Shown one piece after another: positions 29,139-38,881 of a DNA stretch of 64,000 bases. The position numbers were made by a program, and so were the translations under genes. Numbering within the stretch: position 1 is the first letter of the stretch; each line of letters opens with the position of its first letter. The notes under the pieces are model-generated. The model searched no databases. It had not been told where the DNA came from and saw nothing but the letters and a program-made list of their open reading frames with translations. Origin of the DNA: an uncultured Bacilli bacterium (GTDB lineage Bacteria; Bacillota_I; Bacilli_A; RF39; UBA660); assembly GCA_944358675.1 (NCBI GenBank), contig CALVRN010000004.1, positions 10,276 through 74,275 on the forward strand, read 5' to 3'.

Positions 29139-29870
29139 TTAAATTTTAGTAATTTCAGTTTCTACTTTTTTTACAAGATTATTATATTTGTCTAAAATAT
29201 TATTATCTGAAAAGACAATGTTTTCTCCTTGTATGGTCCAACTATTTGGATTATCTGATAGAAGGTTTAATACTTCATCTTCTATTTTTAAAATAGAAAT
29301 AAGTTCATCTATAGAATTATCTAATTCAGACAAATCTAAGGAGTTTATATCACCAATATATTCTTTTTCGTATAAATCGGTGTAGTAACTATCTAGACCT
29401 TTATTTTCAATATAAGACATAGCTTTTTCTTTATTCATGTATTTATGATAATCTTCTTTATAGGTTTCTAATTTCTTGATCATATCGGAAATGTATTTTT
29501 TTGAATCTGTAAATTCTTTACCATCCTTACTATAATTTTCTACTGTTAACAAGGTTGTTATTTTTTCATCTTCTAGAACGTCTACAATTTGAAGCAAACT
29601 ATTAAAGGCATCTTTCATATAAGATTTAAAAGCTTTTTCAACGGTAGCATAATCACCTGTTGTGATAATATTATCTAGTTTTTCATTTATTTTATCAATA
29701 TCCATATCACTTAAATCAGCATTCGTTAAATCAACAATTTCGGATAATTCATTGCTTAATTTTTCTTCTTGTTTTAAATCAGATATAACCGTGTATCCTA
29801 CTATACCGGCAAATACCACTAAAATTACAATTATGGCGATTACAATTTTCTTTTTTCTACTTTTTTTCAT
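29139..29870 (-). CDS. Membrane-anchored hypothetical protein
   Basis: Lys-rich N-terminus plus a TM helix, then an acidic helical ectodomain. Confidence 0.55.
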   Translation of the reverse strand: MKKSRKKKIVIAIIVILVVFAGIVGYTVISDLKQEEKLSNELSEIVDLTNADLSDMDIDKINEKLDNIITTGDYATVEKAFKSYMKDAFNSLLQIVDVLEDEKITTLLTVENYSKDGKEFTDSKKYISDMIKKLETYKEDYHKYMNKEKAMSYIENKGLDSYYTDLYEKEYIGDINSLDLSELDNSIDELISILKIEDEVLNLLSDNPNSWTIQGENIVFSDNNILDKYNNLVKKVETEITKI

Positions 29871-29906
29871 TTAACTCCCTACTTTCTATATATATTGTAT
29901 CATAAA

Positions 29907-30467
29907 TTACTTATTAAATTTTAATTTTATTATTAATTTATTTTGATTTTTTAAAGCACTTATTTGACCTAGATGTTCAGATTTTAATTCGGTTACTTTT
30001 AGTGTTATTACTACATAACAGTTATAGTTGGTATTAAAAAATAAGAAGTCAATATAATTATAAGTATCACCTATTTTTATTTTTACTTCACTACCTACGT
30101 ATGTAAAACCTATACCAAGTTCTTTTAACGGTAATATTAAAGAATAATGACCCCATGTTAGATTTGGTAATTGTTGTGCCACTGGCGCACCTTTTTGAAA
30201 CATTAAATAAAACTGTCTCATTCTCTTTAAATTGGTCGCATTATATCCCTTACCAAGTTCATTAGTTAGCTTTTCAGAATATTCTTTAATAAGCTTATTA
30301 CCATATTTAGCTCTCTTTTCTCCGCCTTGGGCTTCAACTATTAATCTACCTACTTCGAAATAAGCATTTAAATCACTTTTATTTTTAGAGTAGTCTTTGA
30401 CTTTTTTATATATTTCGTTTTTAACTAAAGTTTCTTTTATTTCATTATAGTAGTTAATTTTAATCAC
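29907..30467 (-). pseudogene. Degenerate YhcG/DUF1016 paralogue (internal deletion, lost catalytic Glu, altered C-terminus)
   Basis: The N-terminus matches the other copies. About 110 central residues are missing, VVIELK has become VVITLK, and the tail is unrelated. Confidence 0.7.
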
Positions 30468-30599
30468 CTCTATTTATTAATATACGATGTTAAAGGCTTA
30501 AATCCTTTTTTATGTAAAAATATAACAAAAAAACTGCCATGAAAATTATTCATAACAGTTTTTAGTAATAACTTAAAAATATTTAAGTAAAATACATAT

Positions 30600-30674
30600 T
30601 GGTAGCCTGTACGAGAATTGAACTCGTGACTCCACCTTGAGAGGGTGGCATCTTAACCACTTGACCAACAGGCC
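30600..30674 (-). tRNA. tRNA-Glu (anticodon CUC)
   Basis: The reverse complement GGCCTGTTGGTCAAGTGGTTAAGATGCCACCCTCTCAAGGTGGAG...CAGGCTACCA folds as a cloverleaf. Anticodon loop CU-CUC-AA, encoded CCA. Confidence 0.85.
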
Positions 30675-30758
30675 ATATAAGTAGACATTTTGCAATGCCT
30701 ATTTAATATTAACATAAAATATTTATTTTTTCAATAGTCTTAGTGACTATTTACCTAA

Positions 30759-31316
30759 TTATAGCAAGTTACAAAGATTAAGGTAAACTTCGTTAGTTAA
30801 AATACAATCGTTTAAAGCACGGTGAAGATTTCTTGTGTTTAAATTAAAATATTCAATTAAATCATCTAATCTATGGTGAGCTAGAGTTGGAAGTATTTTT
30901 CTTGAAAACCTTAATGTGTCTATATAATCATTTGTTAAAGCTTCTCCAAGGTTTTCTTCCATACTGTCATATAAAAAATTAATGTCAAAATTTACATTAT
31001 GACCAATAATTACATCATTTTCTAAAAAGTTACTAAATGAAATTAGAACATCTATTAAATCTTCACCTTCATTTAAAATCATTTCATTAGTGATACCAGT
31101 TAGATTGGTGGTGAATGGTCCTATTTCTTCATTTACTTTGATTAGTTTTGAAAAGGTATCTACTACTTGTTTATCTCTTACTTTGATTGCACTAATTTCT
31201 AAGATTTCACCTGATGCGGAATCTAAGCTAGTTGTTTCAATATCAATAACTGTATAATCACTTATATTTTTAATTAAGCTTTTTCCTTTATATATTCTTT
31301 GATTATAATATGCCAT
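30759..31316 (-). CDS. DEDDh 3'-5' exonuclease (DnaQ/PolC-exo-like)
   Basis: Exo I VIDIETTS, Exo II GHNVNFDINFL, and Exo III HRALNDC. Confidence 0.85.
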   Translation of the reverse strand: MAYYNQRIYKGKSLIKNISDYTVIDIETTSLDSASGEILEISAIKVRDKQVVDTFSKLIKVNEEIGPFTTNLTGITNEMILNEGEDLIDVLISFSNFLENDVIIGHNVNFDINFLYDSMEENLGEALTNDYIDTLRFSRKILPTLAHHRLDDLIEYFNLNTRNLHRALNDCILTNEVYLNLCNLL

Positions 31317-31340
31317 ACTGCTTCCTTTCTATTTTTATAG

Positions 31341-32339
31341 TTACTTATTTAATTCTTTACTTAATTTACTGGGAATCCTTCTAGCACTTCTAACAGAATT
31401 TAAGCCATATTCTTTTAATTTGGCAAATTGATATTCTTTTGGGTCATATTTTTTTATTAATTCTAAATTCATTATTGGATTTTTAGGTTCATCATATAAA
31501 TCAAGTTCTATTACTTTACATTTATATAAAATAGCAGAATATGGTGCGCCTAAATATATATAAACAGTGTCACCTAGTTTTATGTTTTTAGGCTGTTTCC
31601 ATGAAAATACAGGTAAGCTTTCGATATAGGTAATGACATCAAAATATTTAGGATTGGCGGGAATTATCCATTCATCTTTTATATCAGATAGTTCATAGCT
31701 AATATCTACTAACTTCATTATTTCTTCATCAGTTAAAGTGCCATCTAAAATAATACTTACCCATGATTTTTTATTCATGTGGTATGCGGGGTATATACCT
31801 TTTCTTTTTAAGTAATTTATATCATCTAATTTAAGATTTAATATTTCTATTTCACCACTTTGAGATGGAATGATTTTACTTTTGTCAATGTTCATAATAA
31901 TGGCAAACCATTTTTCACTTTTTTGGTTTCTAAAAACACCGAAAGTGGGATTTTTCTCCCATAGAAATTTTGGAGTTACTTTATATTTGTTTATGATTAA
32001 TTCAGCTAATTTATTTGTCTTTTTAAATATAAAGTATTTTTTATCAAAGCAGTTATTTCTGATATCTTTTAAAATGTTTTGATATTCTTCTTTGATGGTT
32101 AAAGCAAAACTTCCAGTGATGTTTTCTATTCTAAAGTTCGTATATTCACTTTCAGCATCTAAATCATAGATCTTACCTTCTACTTTGCCATCTTTATTGA
32201 TAATAATGTTTGCCTTGAAAGTATCATCCATGAATTTTTTAGAATATTTATAAGCATCTTTTTCTTTAATAAAACCATATTTAATTAATTTGTTTTCATT
32301 CAATATATATGTTTTAAATATTTCTTCTTCTATTTTCAT
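31341..32339 (-). CDS. MmcQ/YjbR-family DNA-binding domain protein with a C-terminal PUA/EVE-like extension
   Basis: Central IYPAYHMNKKSWVSIILDG is the YjbR signature. The call for the C-terminal 110 aa (IKLGDTVYIYLG...) is weaker. Confidence 0.7.
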   Translation of the reverse strand: MKIEEEIFKTYILNENKLIKYGFIKEKDAYKYSKKFMDDTFKANIIINKDGKVEGKIYDLDAESEYTNFRIENITGSFALTIKEEYQNILKDIRNNCFDKKYFIFKKTNKLAELIINKYKVTPKFLWEKNPTFGVFRNQKSEKWFAIIMNIDKSKIIPSQSGEIEILNLKLDDINYLKRKGIYPAYHMNKKSWVSIILDGTLTDEEIMKLVDISYELSDIKDEWIIPANPKYFDVITYIESLPVFSWKQPKNIKLGDTVYIYLGAPYSAILYKCKVIELDLYDEPKNPIMNLELIKKYDPKEYQFAKLKEYGLNSVRSARRIPSKLSKELNK

Positions 32340-32581
32340 AATGCATCTACTCCATAGAGATTATATCACGTATAATATTGATTAGTAAATTGATAAAATT
32401 ACAGATCATCTTTTTACAAGTATAATAAAGTTGCTCTTGTTGGGTAAATTATACGATTGATTTTAATTTTCAATATTTTACTAAAAGGTCGTACAAACTT
32501 TTCGTATTTGATAGCCACACATTAATTAAGTGTTTTCAATCAAAAAGACACAAGATTTTATTCTTATTTCCTGTTTTAATA

Positions 32582-32610
32582 TTGTAATTTATATAACTGT
32601 TTGTTATAAT
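32582..32610 (+). promoter_or_regulatory. Sigma-A-type promoter of small-peptide module copy 2
   Basis: TTGTAA-17 nt-TATAAT with TGT upstream of the -10 box. Homologous to 18874..18902. Confidence 0.65.
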
Positions 32611-32671
32611 TATATCAAGGAATATTCAATAGAGTTGGTGCGACCTCTTTTTAAAAAAGGAGGTGGTGTTT

Positions 32672-32749
32672 ATGACTAAAAGAGAAAAAGCTCTTTATGC
32701 CATAATCTCCCTTCTATTTATTTTAATATTTATTATATTATTTAAATAG
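32672..32749 (+). CDS. 25-aa hydrophobic peptide MTKREKALYAIISLLFILIFIILFK (type I toxin-like candidate)
   Basis: AAGGAGG SD can pair with the upstream CCTCTTTTT tract. The leader AAGGAATATTCAATAG(A)GTTGG is shared with copy 1. Followed by a long hairpin at 32756..32789. Confidence 0.5.
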   Translation: MTKREKALYAIISLLFILIFIILFK

Positions 32750-32807
32750 AAAAAGGCACCTAACTCATTTGCTTCAATGATTTAGGTGCGGCAATCAAAT
32801 TGGTTTT

Positions 32808-32912
32808 AGTAGAGTTTATCTAGGAGTTCATTATGTCAGTGATGAGTGTATGGGCTTTATTATTTCTGTTTTCTATTTAGTTTTGTTTATTAAAAGCATG
32901 AATAAAATTTAA
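32808..32912 (+). pseudogene. C-terminal remnant of a PAP2-family phosphatase
   Basis: Translates to SRVYLGVHYVSDE..., the third PAP2 motif SR-x5-H-x3-D, plus a final TM helix. No upstream part of the gene is present. Confidence 0.65.
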
Positions 32913-32926
32913 AAACCAAGTCTTTT

Positions 32927-33193
32927 TTAAGATTTGGTTTCTTTGTATTTTAAGAAGTCTTCAAAGGCTTTTAGACCATATTTTTTATTATAATAGTTTG
33001 GAAATTCATTTAGGTGCGCTAAAGCGATTTTAGCTGTTATTATTAAATCATTATTAGTAACATTGGTTTTTGGATTAATTAAACCGTGTTCTAGTTCAAT
33101 ATTTATACCATCCAAAAATTCTTCTATAGTATATTTATCAAAGGTTACCCCTAATATATTAGCGGCATATATGGCATCATTTATATTAAACAT
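32927..33193 (-). CDS. Small conserved hypothetical protein (ELEHG motif, DUF5661-like)
   Basis: 88-aa ORF with EFLDGINIELEHG. The family assignment is from memory only. Confidence 0.5.
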   Translation of the reverse strand: MFNINDAIYAANILGVTFDKYTIEEFLDGINIELEHGLINPKTNVTNNDLIITAKIALAHLNEFPNYYNKKYGLKAFEDFLKYKETKS

Positions 33194-33215
33194 ATTATCA
33201 CCAATATATTATATG

Positions 33216-34202
33216 TTATTTTTTTGATATGTTTTTTGATGTTTCTTTTTTATAATGATTTTTATGAATGATTATTAATGTAATAATAGTTACAAGAATA
33301 ATTACTACATCGATTATAATAACTATTATCAAATTTGTATAATTGGTTTCAGATTTTTTTCTAGATACTTTTTCTTTTATATCTCTAATTACTTTAATTT
33401 TATATTCTTTAACTGTTCCATCTTCGGCTTTGACAGATAATTTTATTTCATTAATTCCAGTTTTAAGTTCGTATTCACCATTACCTTCAACTGATGATTT
33501 TGAATCTTCTAAAGTAGAATTAACTTTTATTTTTTCAACTTCATTTTTAACATTAATGGTATACTCTAAAGTATCTTTATTAAATTCTATTTTTCCTTCG
33601 CTTAGTTCAATAGTTTTTAAATTGGCATTGTTTGATTTTGTTTCTATAACTGTTTGTGTAATGTTTTGTTTACTAGATGAAGTAGAACTCTTTTTAGGAG
33701 CATTACTCAAATAAATGTATCCAGTTATTCCATACCTATCTGGGGAAATGGTATATTCACAGGCAGCTTTTGGAGCTTTTGCTTTACAAGCTTTATCAGT
33801 GTCTTCGCACCAACTGCTTGCCATACATTCTTTATAAGTTGGATCGCTTTCATCTATACATGGTCCAGTTGAATCCCATACATAAAGGGTATTTCCAGAT
33901 ACTCTTTCAACATAGCCAACATGACCATATGAAGTCCAGCCACCCCAAACAATAATAGAGTTAGCTTTTGGTGTAGTTCCTACACTATATCCAGCATTTT
34001 TGGCATCACTATACCACTCTTTAGCATTACCCCAGCCCGGTAAAGTTACACCAGCTTTTTCATAGGCCATTTTCCATGCATACCACGTGCAATTTGTACC
34101 ATAAGGACCGCTTTGTTTATAAGGATTACTGGCTGCACTTACCCCGCTAATGCTTAATACATTAATAATAAGCAATAAAATAATTATTTTAATTTTTTTC
34201 AT
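33216..34202 (-). CDS. Secreted CHAP-domain peptidoglycan amidase/peptidase with a cadherin-like beta-sandwich domain and a C-terminal TM anchor
   Basis: Signal peptide, CHAP Cys (NCTWYAW) and His (YGHVGYVE), NLKTIELS...YKIKV beta-sandwich, and a hydrophobic tail. Confidence 0.8.
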   Translation of the reverse strand: MKKIKIIILLLIINVLSISGVSAASNPYKQSGPYGTNCTWYAWKMAYEKAGVTLPGWGNAKEWYSDAKNAGYSVGTTPKANSIIVWGGWTSYGHVGYVERVSGNTLYVWDSTGPCIDESDPTYKECMASSWCEDTDKACKAKAPKAACEYTISPDRYGITGYIYLSNAPKKSSTSSSKQNITQTVIETKSNNANLKTIELSEGKIEFNKDTLEYTINVKNEVEKIKVNSTLEDSKSSVEGNGEYELKTGINEIKLSVKAEDGTVKEYKIKVIRDIKEKVSRKKSETNYTNLIIVIIIDVVIILVTIITLIIIHKNHYKKETSKNISKK

Positions 34203-34331
34203 AATACTCTCTCCACTACATTTAAATTCATTCTCATTATATCATATATTATTCATGTATTAATATAACTTGGATAATTTTACAAACAATTTAATTTCAT
34301 ATATAATTATTCCTTGTAAAGGACTGATATT

Positions 34332-35082
34332 ATGAACAGTGCACTTAATTACTATGAATTTTTGGGAGTTAGTGAGATAGCAACTAAAGAAGAAATTAAA
34401 AAAAGCTTATAAAGTGCAGATGAAAAAATGGCATCCTGATATTAATAAATCGAAAGAAGCTCCCGAGATGTCTATTAAATTAAACGAAGCAAAAGAAACA
34501 CTTTTAGATGATGATAAAAGAAAAGCTTATGATTTAAGTTTGAAAAAAGAAGTGAATCAGAATTATAATAAGTTTAATTATGGACAAAAAAGTAATGAAA
34601 ATACTTATACTAATTATGATACTTCATATAATACATATGAAGAAGCTAGAAAGGTTACTAAATGGGAATATTTCAAAGAATATTTAAAGTATAGTACTGA
34701 TTCTAAATTCAGAAAGTTTTTGGCTATTATTGGTGTCGGCTTAGAAAGTTTTATGTGTTTTATCATAAAAACTTTATTAATTGGGCTTGCTATTTTTGGT
34801 AGTTTTAGTAGTTATTTAATAATGATGACATTTAGTTTATTGGCGCCTATTTTAGGATTACTTTTAATAATTGTTGTCGGTACTTTTCTAATGAAAGGTT
34901 TTATTAACACTATTACTGGTTCTTCAGTTGTTCAAGGAATACTTATATTTGGAAGTTTATATGTATTGATGTTGATACTACCAATTTTATCTAGAAAAAT
35001 TATATCACCAAAAGTATTTGATATTTTGTATAATAAAATAGATATAAATTTGTTTAAAAAGTGTGTGGGTTATAAAAATTAA
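34332..35082 (+). pseudogene. J-domain (DnaJ-like) membrane protein, frame broken in an A7 run
   Basis: MNSALNYYEFLGVSEIATKEEIKK then a stop. Removing one A from 34398..34404 gives AYKVQMKKWHPDINK, which continues the J-domain HPD motif. The C-terminal half has TM helices. Confidence 0.75.
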
Positions 35083-35101
35083 AACACCTTATTTGGCGTT
35101 T

Positions 35102-35350
35102 TTATAATTCAATATCAAGATTTTTAAAAAGCTTATCATCAAAAAATTCGTTTAGTTCAATATTTAAACTATCACATATTCTAGCAATAGTTAAAACCGT
35201 TGGATTATGACTTTTACCGCTCATGATTGACTGTAATGTAGACTGTGTAAGTCCACTCATTATAGATAGTTTATTTATACTTAAATTATGTTCCGCACAT
35301 AATTTTTTTATTTTTCTAGCAACTGCTTTTGATACGGTCATAACCATCAC
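35102..35350 (-). CDS. Small XRE-family HTH regulator
   Basis: LSINKLSIMSGLTQSTLQSIMSGK helix-turn-helix. Divergent from 35452..36390. Confidence 0.8.
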   Translation of the reverse strand: MMVMTVSKAVARKIKKLCAEHNLSINKLSIMSGLTQSTLQSIMSGKSHNPTVLTIARICDSLNIELNEFFDDKLFKNLDIEL

Positions 35351-35401
35351 ATCCTATAAATATTATAGGATATTCGTTTGTCATCTTTTAGCGATATATC
35401 G

Positions 35402-35430
35402 TTGACATTGGCTTGTTTGTATACTATAAT
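35402..35430 (+). promoter_or_regulatory. Consensus sigma-A promoter
   Basis: TTGACA-17 nt-TATAAT, a perfect match, lies 21 nt upstream of the ATG at 35452 and precedes the SD GAAAGGAG. Confidence 0.8.
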
Positions 35431-35451
35431 TACCTTGAAAGGAGTGTAATT

Positions 35452-36390
35452 ATGAATGGTGAGAGAGTGCGTGCAATTGTTAATCAAATAAGTACGTTTT
35501 ATCCGGACTTTTTGAGTGTAGAAACCGAATATAATTTGAATATCAAAAACAAAGTTGGAGAGTTGCAGTCAACAGCAAATGTTTTTCGCAAAAAATTGCC
35601 AGAAAATATTATATTGTTAAGATTTGCTTATGACATAGCTCTTATAAAAAATATGACTGCTAATTTTATAAGTAATATTAATGATGATATTAACAATTAT
35701 GACTTTGATCAAAATAGTGATTTTTCTATAACTTTTAAAATTAAAAATAACAATATTTCAGTTATTTCTGAAAATACGCAAAATAATTGTGATATTGATA
35801 CTGCCCTTGCTTATGATGAATTCTTTGAGGCTTTAAAAAGATATTTAGTAGCTATATCATTGGAAGGTGAATATACAGAATTAAAACGTATAAATGAATA
35901 TATTGATTATGCTAATGGTAGTGGAATAGAAGATTTTTATAATTTTATCGATTACAATATAGACCTATATAGTCAATTTGATTCTAATAGAACTATAACT
36001 GTTCAAAATAATTCAATCCCTGAATTTGCAGATTTTAAACATTATCAAAGTGATAATTCTAATGATGTTAATTATAATTCTTATAATGTAACAAATTATA
36101 GCCAAGAACAACAATTCACAAATAATCAACCACTTCCCTATTACATGCAGAAAAGTAATGGGATGTGTATTGCTTCATTTGTTTTTGGAATACTTTCAGT
36201 ATTTATTTGGCAACTTGTAATTCCTCCACTTTTGGCTTTGACATTCGGTATTGTTGGTGTTAAAAATTTTGATATTAAACGTGAAAAAAACAAAAGTTTA
36301 GGATATATTGGTTTGGGATTTGGTGCATTCTTTTTAGTTTTAGATGTATTTTTGATTATTTTACCAATATTATTTTATGTATCAGGATAA
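35452..36390 (+). CDS. Hypothetical protein with a C-terminal DUF4190-like double-TM domain
   Basis: ATG at 35452 behind GAAAGGAG. The C-terminus is a small Gly-rich TM hairpin, GILSVF...FGIVGV...GYIGLGFGAF. Confidence 0.6.
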   Translation: MNGERVRAIVNQISTFYPDFLSVETEYNLNIKNKVGELQSTANVFRKKLPENIILLRFAYDIALIKNMTANFISNINDDINNYDFDQNSDFSITFKIKNNNISVISENTQNNCDIDTALAYDEFFEALKRYLVAISLEGEYTELKRINEYIDYANGSGIEDFYNFIDYNIDLYSQFDSNRTITVQNNSIPEFADFKHYQSDNSNDVNYNSYNVTNYSQEQQFTNNQPLPYYMQKSNGMCIASFVFGILSVFIWQLVIPPLLALTFGIVGVKNFDIKREKNKSLGYIGLGFGAFFLVLDVFLIILPILFYVSG

Positions 36391-36417
36391 AGTATTTGGT
36401 ATAGAAAGGATAGAAAA

Positions 36418-36762
36418 ATGTTTTTAAAGAGTAATGATGTAATATTTAAAATTACTAACTTTGTTTTAATTATAATAGCTTGTTTATCATTAGGAATTGG
36501 TATCGGGTTAAATTATTATTATAATAAATTTGACTATGACTGTTCTTTATATTTAACTTCTTATTCATTAGATGATGATTATAAAAATATAGAACACGAG
36601 TATAGAGAGATGTGCCAGTTACAAAGCGAAGAACATCAAACAGCTTCTCAAAAAGGTATGTTTATAGCATACGGTATTACTATAACTTCTATTTGTACAA
36701 CCATTCTAATTAATATGATTAATACTGTACAGAAAAATAAGCTATCAAACAATATGAAGTAA
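36418..36762 (+). CDS. Small membrane protein, unknown function
   Basis: Two TM helices. Same operon as 35452..36390. Confidence 0.5.
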   Translation: MFLKSNDVIFKITNFVLIIIACLSLGIGIGLNYYYNKFDYDCSLYLTSYSLDDDYKNIEHEYREMCQLQSEEHQTASQKGMFIAYGITITSICTTILINMINTVQKNKLSNNMK

Positions 36763-36784
36763 TTTGTTGAATTTGAAAAACGCC

Positions 36785-37972
36785 TTAATTGGCGTTTTCT
36801 TTTATTAATTTTAATGTATCTCTTGCAATCATTAGTTCTTCATCAGTTGGAATGACATATACTTTTATTTTAGAGTTAGGTGTACTAATTAAAGCTTCTC
36901 CATAACAATTGTTATTCTTTTCATCATCAATTTCAACACCTAAACATTTTAAGTTTTCACAAACTAATCTTCTAACTACAAAACTGTTTTCACCGATTCC
37001 AGCAGTAAATACTATAACATCTGCTCCACCTAATAAAACATAATACTGGGCAATATAATCGGTTATTCTTCTAGCATATTTATGCATAGTGAGTATTGCT
37101 CTTTCCTCACCTTTATTATAAGCTTCGGTTAAATCTCTCATATCACTACTAATACCACTTAATCCTAAAATGCCGCTATGTTTATTTAAATCGTTAATAA
37201 TAGCATTTATATCTTTATTCTCAGCTTCCATAACAGGTGGCAATAATGATGGATCAATATCTCCTGAACGGGTTCCCATCATAACTCCAGCTAGTGGTGT
37301 GAAGCCCATAGATGTGTCGACACATTTACCATCTTTAACCGCGGTAATTGAAGCACCATTACCAATATGACAACTGATTAATTTAAATTTATCGGTATTT
37401 AATATTTCAGACATTGTTTCAGTAATATATCTATGACTTGTTCCATGAGCGCCATATTTCCTAATACCATATTTTTCATACCATTCATATGGTACTGGAT
37501 ATATATAGGTTTCTTTATCCATTGTTTGATGGAAGGCTGTATCAAAGACAACAGTGTTTGGAACATTTGGTAAAGCTTTCATAAATGCTTCAATTCCAAG
37601 CATATTAGCTGGATTGTGAAGTGGTGCGAAGTGTTTAATTGATTCAAGTTTTTGCATAACTTCATCATCAACTATTACTGATTTATCAAAGACATCTTTA
37701 CCTTGAACTACTCTATGTCCAACGCCTTCGATTTCATCTAATAATTTTACAATATTTAAACTAATTAGTTTTTCAAGTAATAAATTAACAGCATCAACGT
37801 GTGTTTTTAACTTAGCATCTTCTTCATATTTTTCTCCATTAAATTTAATTTTATAGTGTCCATCAATACCAATTCTTTCAAAGACACCACTAGCGATGAC
37901 ACTTTCATCATCCATGTTTATTAAACTAAATTTAAGTGAACTACTTCCTGCATTAATAGAAATTATTTTCAT
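36785..37972 (-). CDS. ackA: Acetate kinase
   Basis: INAGSSSLKF at the N-terminus, HRVVQGK, HLGNG-like CHIGNGASI, and the EELMIA C-terminal motif. Confidence 0.95.
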   Translation of the reverse strand: MKIISINAGSSSLKFSLINMDDESVIASGVFERIGIDGHYKIKFNGEKYEEDAKLKTHVDAVNLLLEKLISLNIVKLLDEIEGVGHRVVQGKDVFDKSVIVDDEVMQKLESIKHFAPLHNPANMLGIEAFMKALPNVPNTVVFDTAFHQTMDKETYIYPVPYEWYEKYGIRKYGAHGTSHRYITETMSEILNTDKFKLISCHIGNGASITAVKDGKCVDTSMGFTPLAGVMMGTRSGDIDPSLLPPVMEAENKDINAIINDLNKHSGILGLSGISSDMRDLTEAYNKGEERAILTMHKYARRITDYIAQYYVLLGGADVIVFTAGIGENSFVVRRLVCENLKCLGVEIDDEKNNNCYGEALISTPNSKIKVYVIPTDEELMIARDTLKLIKENAN

Positions 37973-38865
37973 TTTACTTCCCCCTTTATATATTGTTTTC
38001 CTTTAATTTCTTTAGTTTGTATAAGTTCTTTTTGTTTTTCAGCGGCTGTTATTGTATTTTCAAGTAGTGTTGCAATGGTTACTGGTCCTACTCCACCTGG
38101 TACTGGAGTATAAAAACTAGCTATACCTTCTGGATTTTCAGCATCTCCTACTGATTTACCATTTACGTAATTATATCCGGCATCGATAAGAATTACTCCT
38201 TCTTTGAGCCAATCTTTTTTAATGTATTCTGGTTTTCCTAAAGCAGCAATTACGATGTCAGATGATTTAATTTCATCTTTTAGATTTTTAGTTTTAGAAT
38301 GACATACTGTAACGGTCGCATCCCTATTTAAAAGCATTAAAGCCATAGGTTTACCTAATATTTGACTTCTTCCAACAACACAGACTTTTTTGCCCTCAAG
38401 TTTTATGTTATAGAAATCTAAAATATTAATTATTCCCTTTGGAGTTGCGGCACCAAAGGATTCTTCTTTAAAGGACATTTTACCAAAGCTATGAGAACTT
38501 AAACCATCGACATCTTTTTCTGTAGCAATCACATCAAAACATTTTTGTTCATCAATTGTTTTAGGTAGCGGATGCTGGATCAAGATGCCATTAATTTCGG
38601 GGTCTTCATTAAGCATTTGAATTAATGTTATTAAACCTTCGGTTGTGAATTCTGGCAGAGAGTATTCTCTTGTTCTTATACCTACTCTTCTACATGCTTT
38701 TGATTTCATTTTGACATATGTTTTTGATGCTTTATTATCACCAACAATAATTGTAGCTAAAGTTATACTATCATCATAGTTATCTTCATAATCATAGACT
38801 CTTTCTCTAACATTATTTTCAATTTCTTTCGCAACTAATTTTCCATCTAAAATTGTACTTCTCAT
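37969..38865 (-). CDS. folD: Bifunctional methylenetetrahydrofolate dehydrogenase/cyclohydrolase
   Basis: LATIIVGDN.AS..YV..K, VVGRS.ILGKP and PVPGGVGP motifs. Its stop overlaps the ackA start (ATGA). Confidence 0.93.
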   Translation of the reverse strand: MRSTILDGKLVAKEIENNVRERVYDYEDNYDDSITLATIIVGDNKASKTYVKMKSKACRRVGIRTREYSLPEFTTEGLITLIQMLNEDPEINGILIQHPLPKTIDEQKCFDVIATEKDVDGLSSHSFGKMSFKEESFGAATPKGIINILDFYNIKLEGKKVCVVGRSQILGKPMALMLLNRDATVTVCHSKTKNLKDEIKSSDIVIAALGKPEYIKKDWLKEGVILIDAGYNYVNGKSVGDAENPEGIASFYTPVPGGVGPVTIATLLENTITAAEKQKELIQTKEIKGKQYIKGEVK

Positions 38866-38881
38866 GTTTTCACCTACTTTA

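Noticed and set aside
30468-30674. The DUF1016 array as a tRNA-Glu-integrated island.
   Set aside because: The array lies downstream of the tRNA-Glu 3' end, but a terminator separates them. I found no repeat of the tRNA 3' end or any recombinase, so there is no evidence for att sites.
37969-37972. The folD-ackA 4-nt overlap as an unusual metabolic operon.
   Set aside because: Both genes are ordinary full-length housekeeping genes. Overlapping stop/start codons are common throughout this window and are not by themselves noteworthy.
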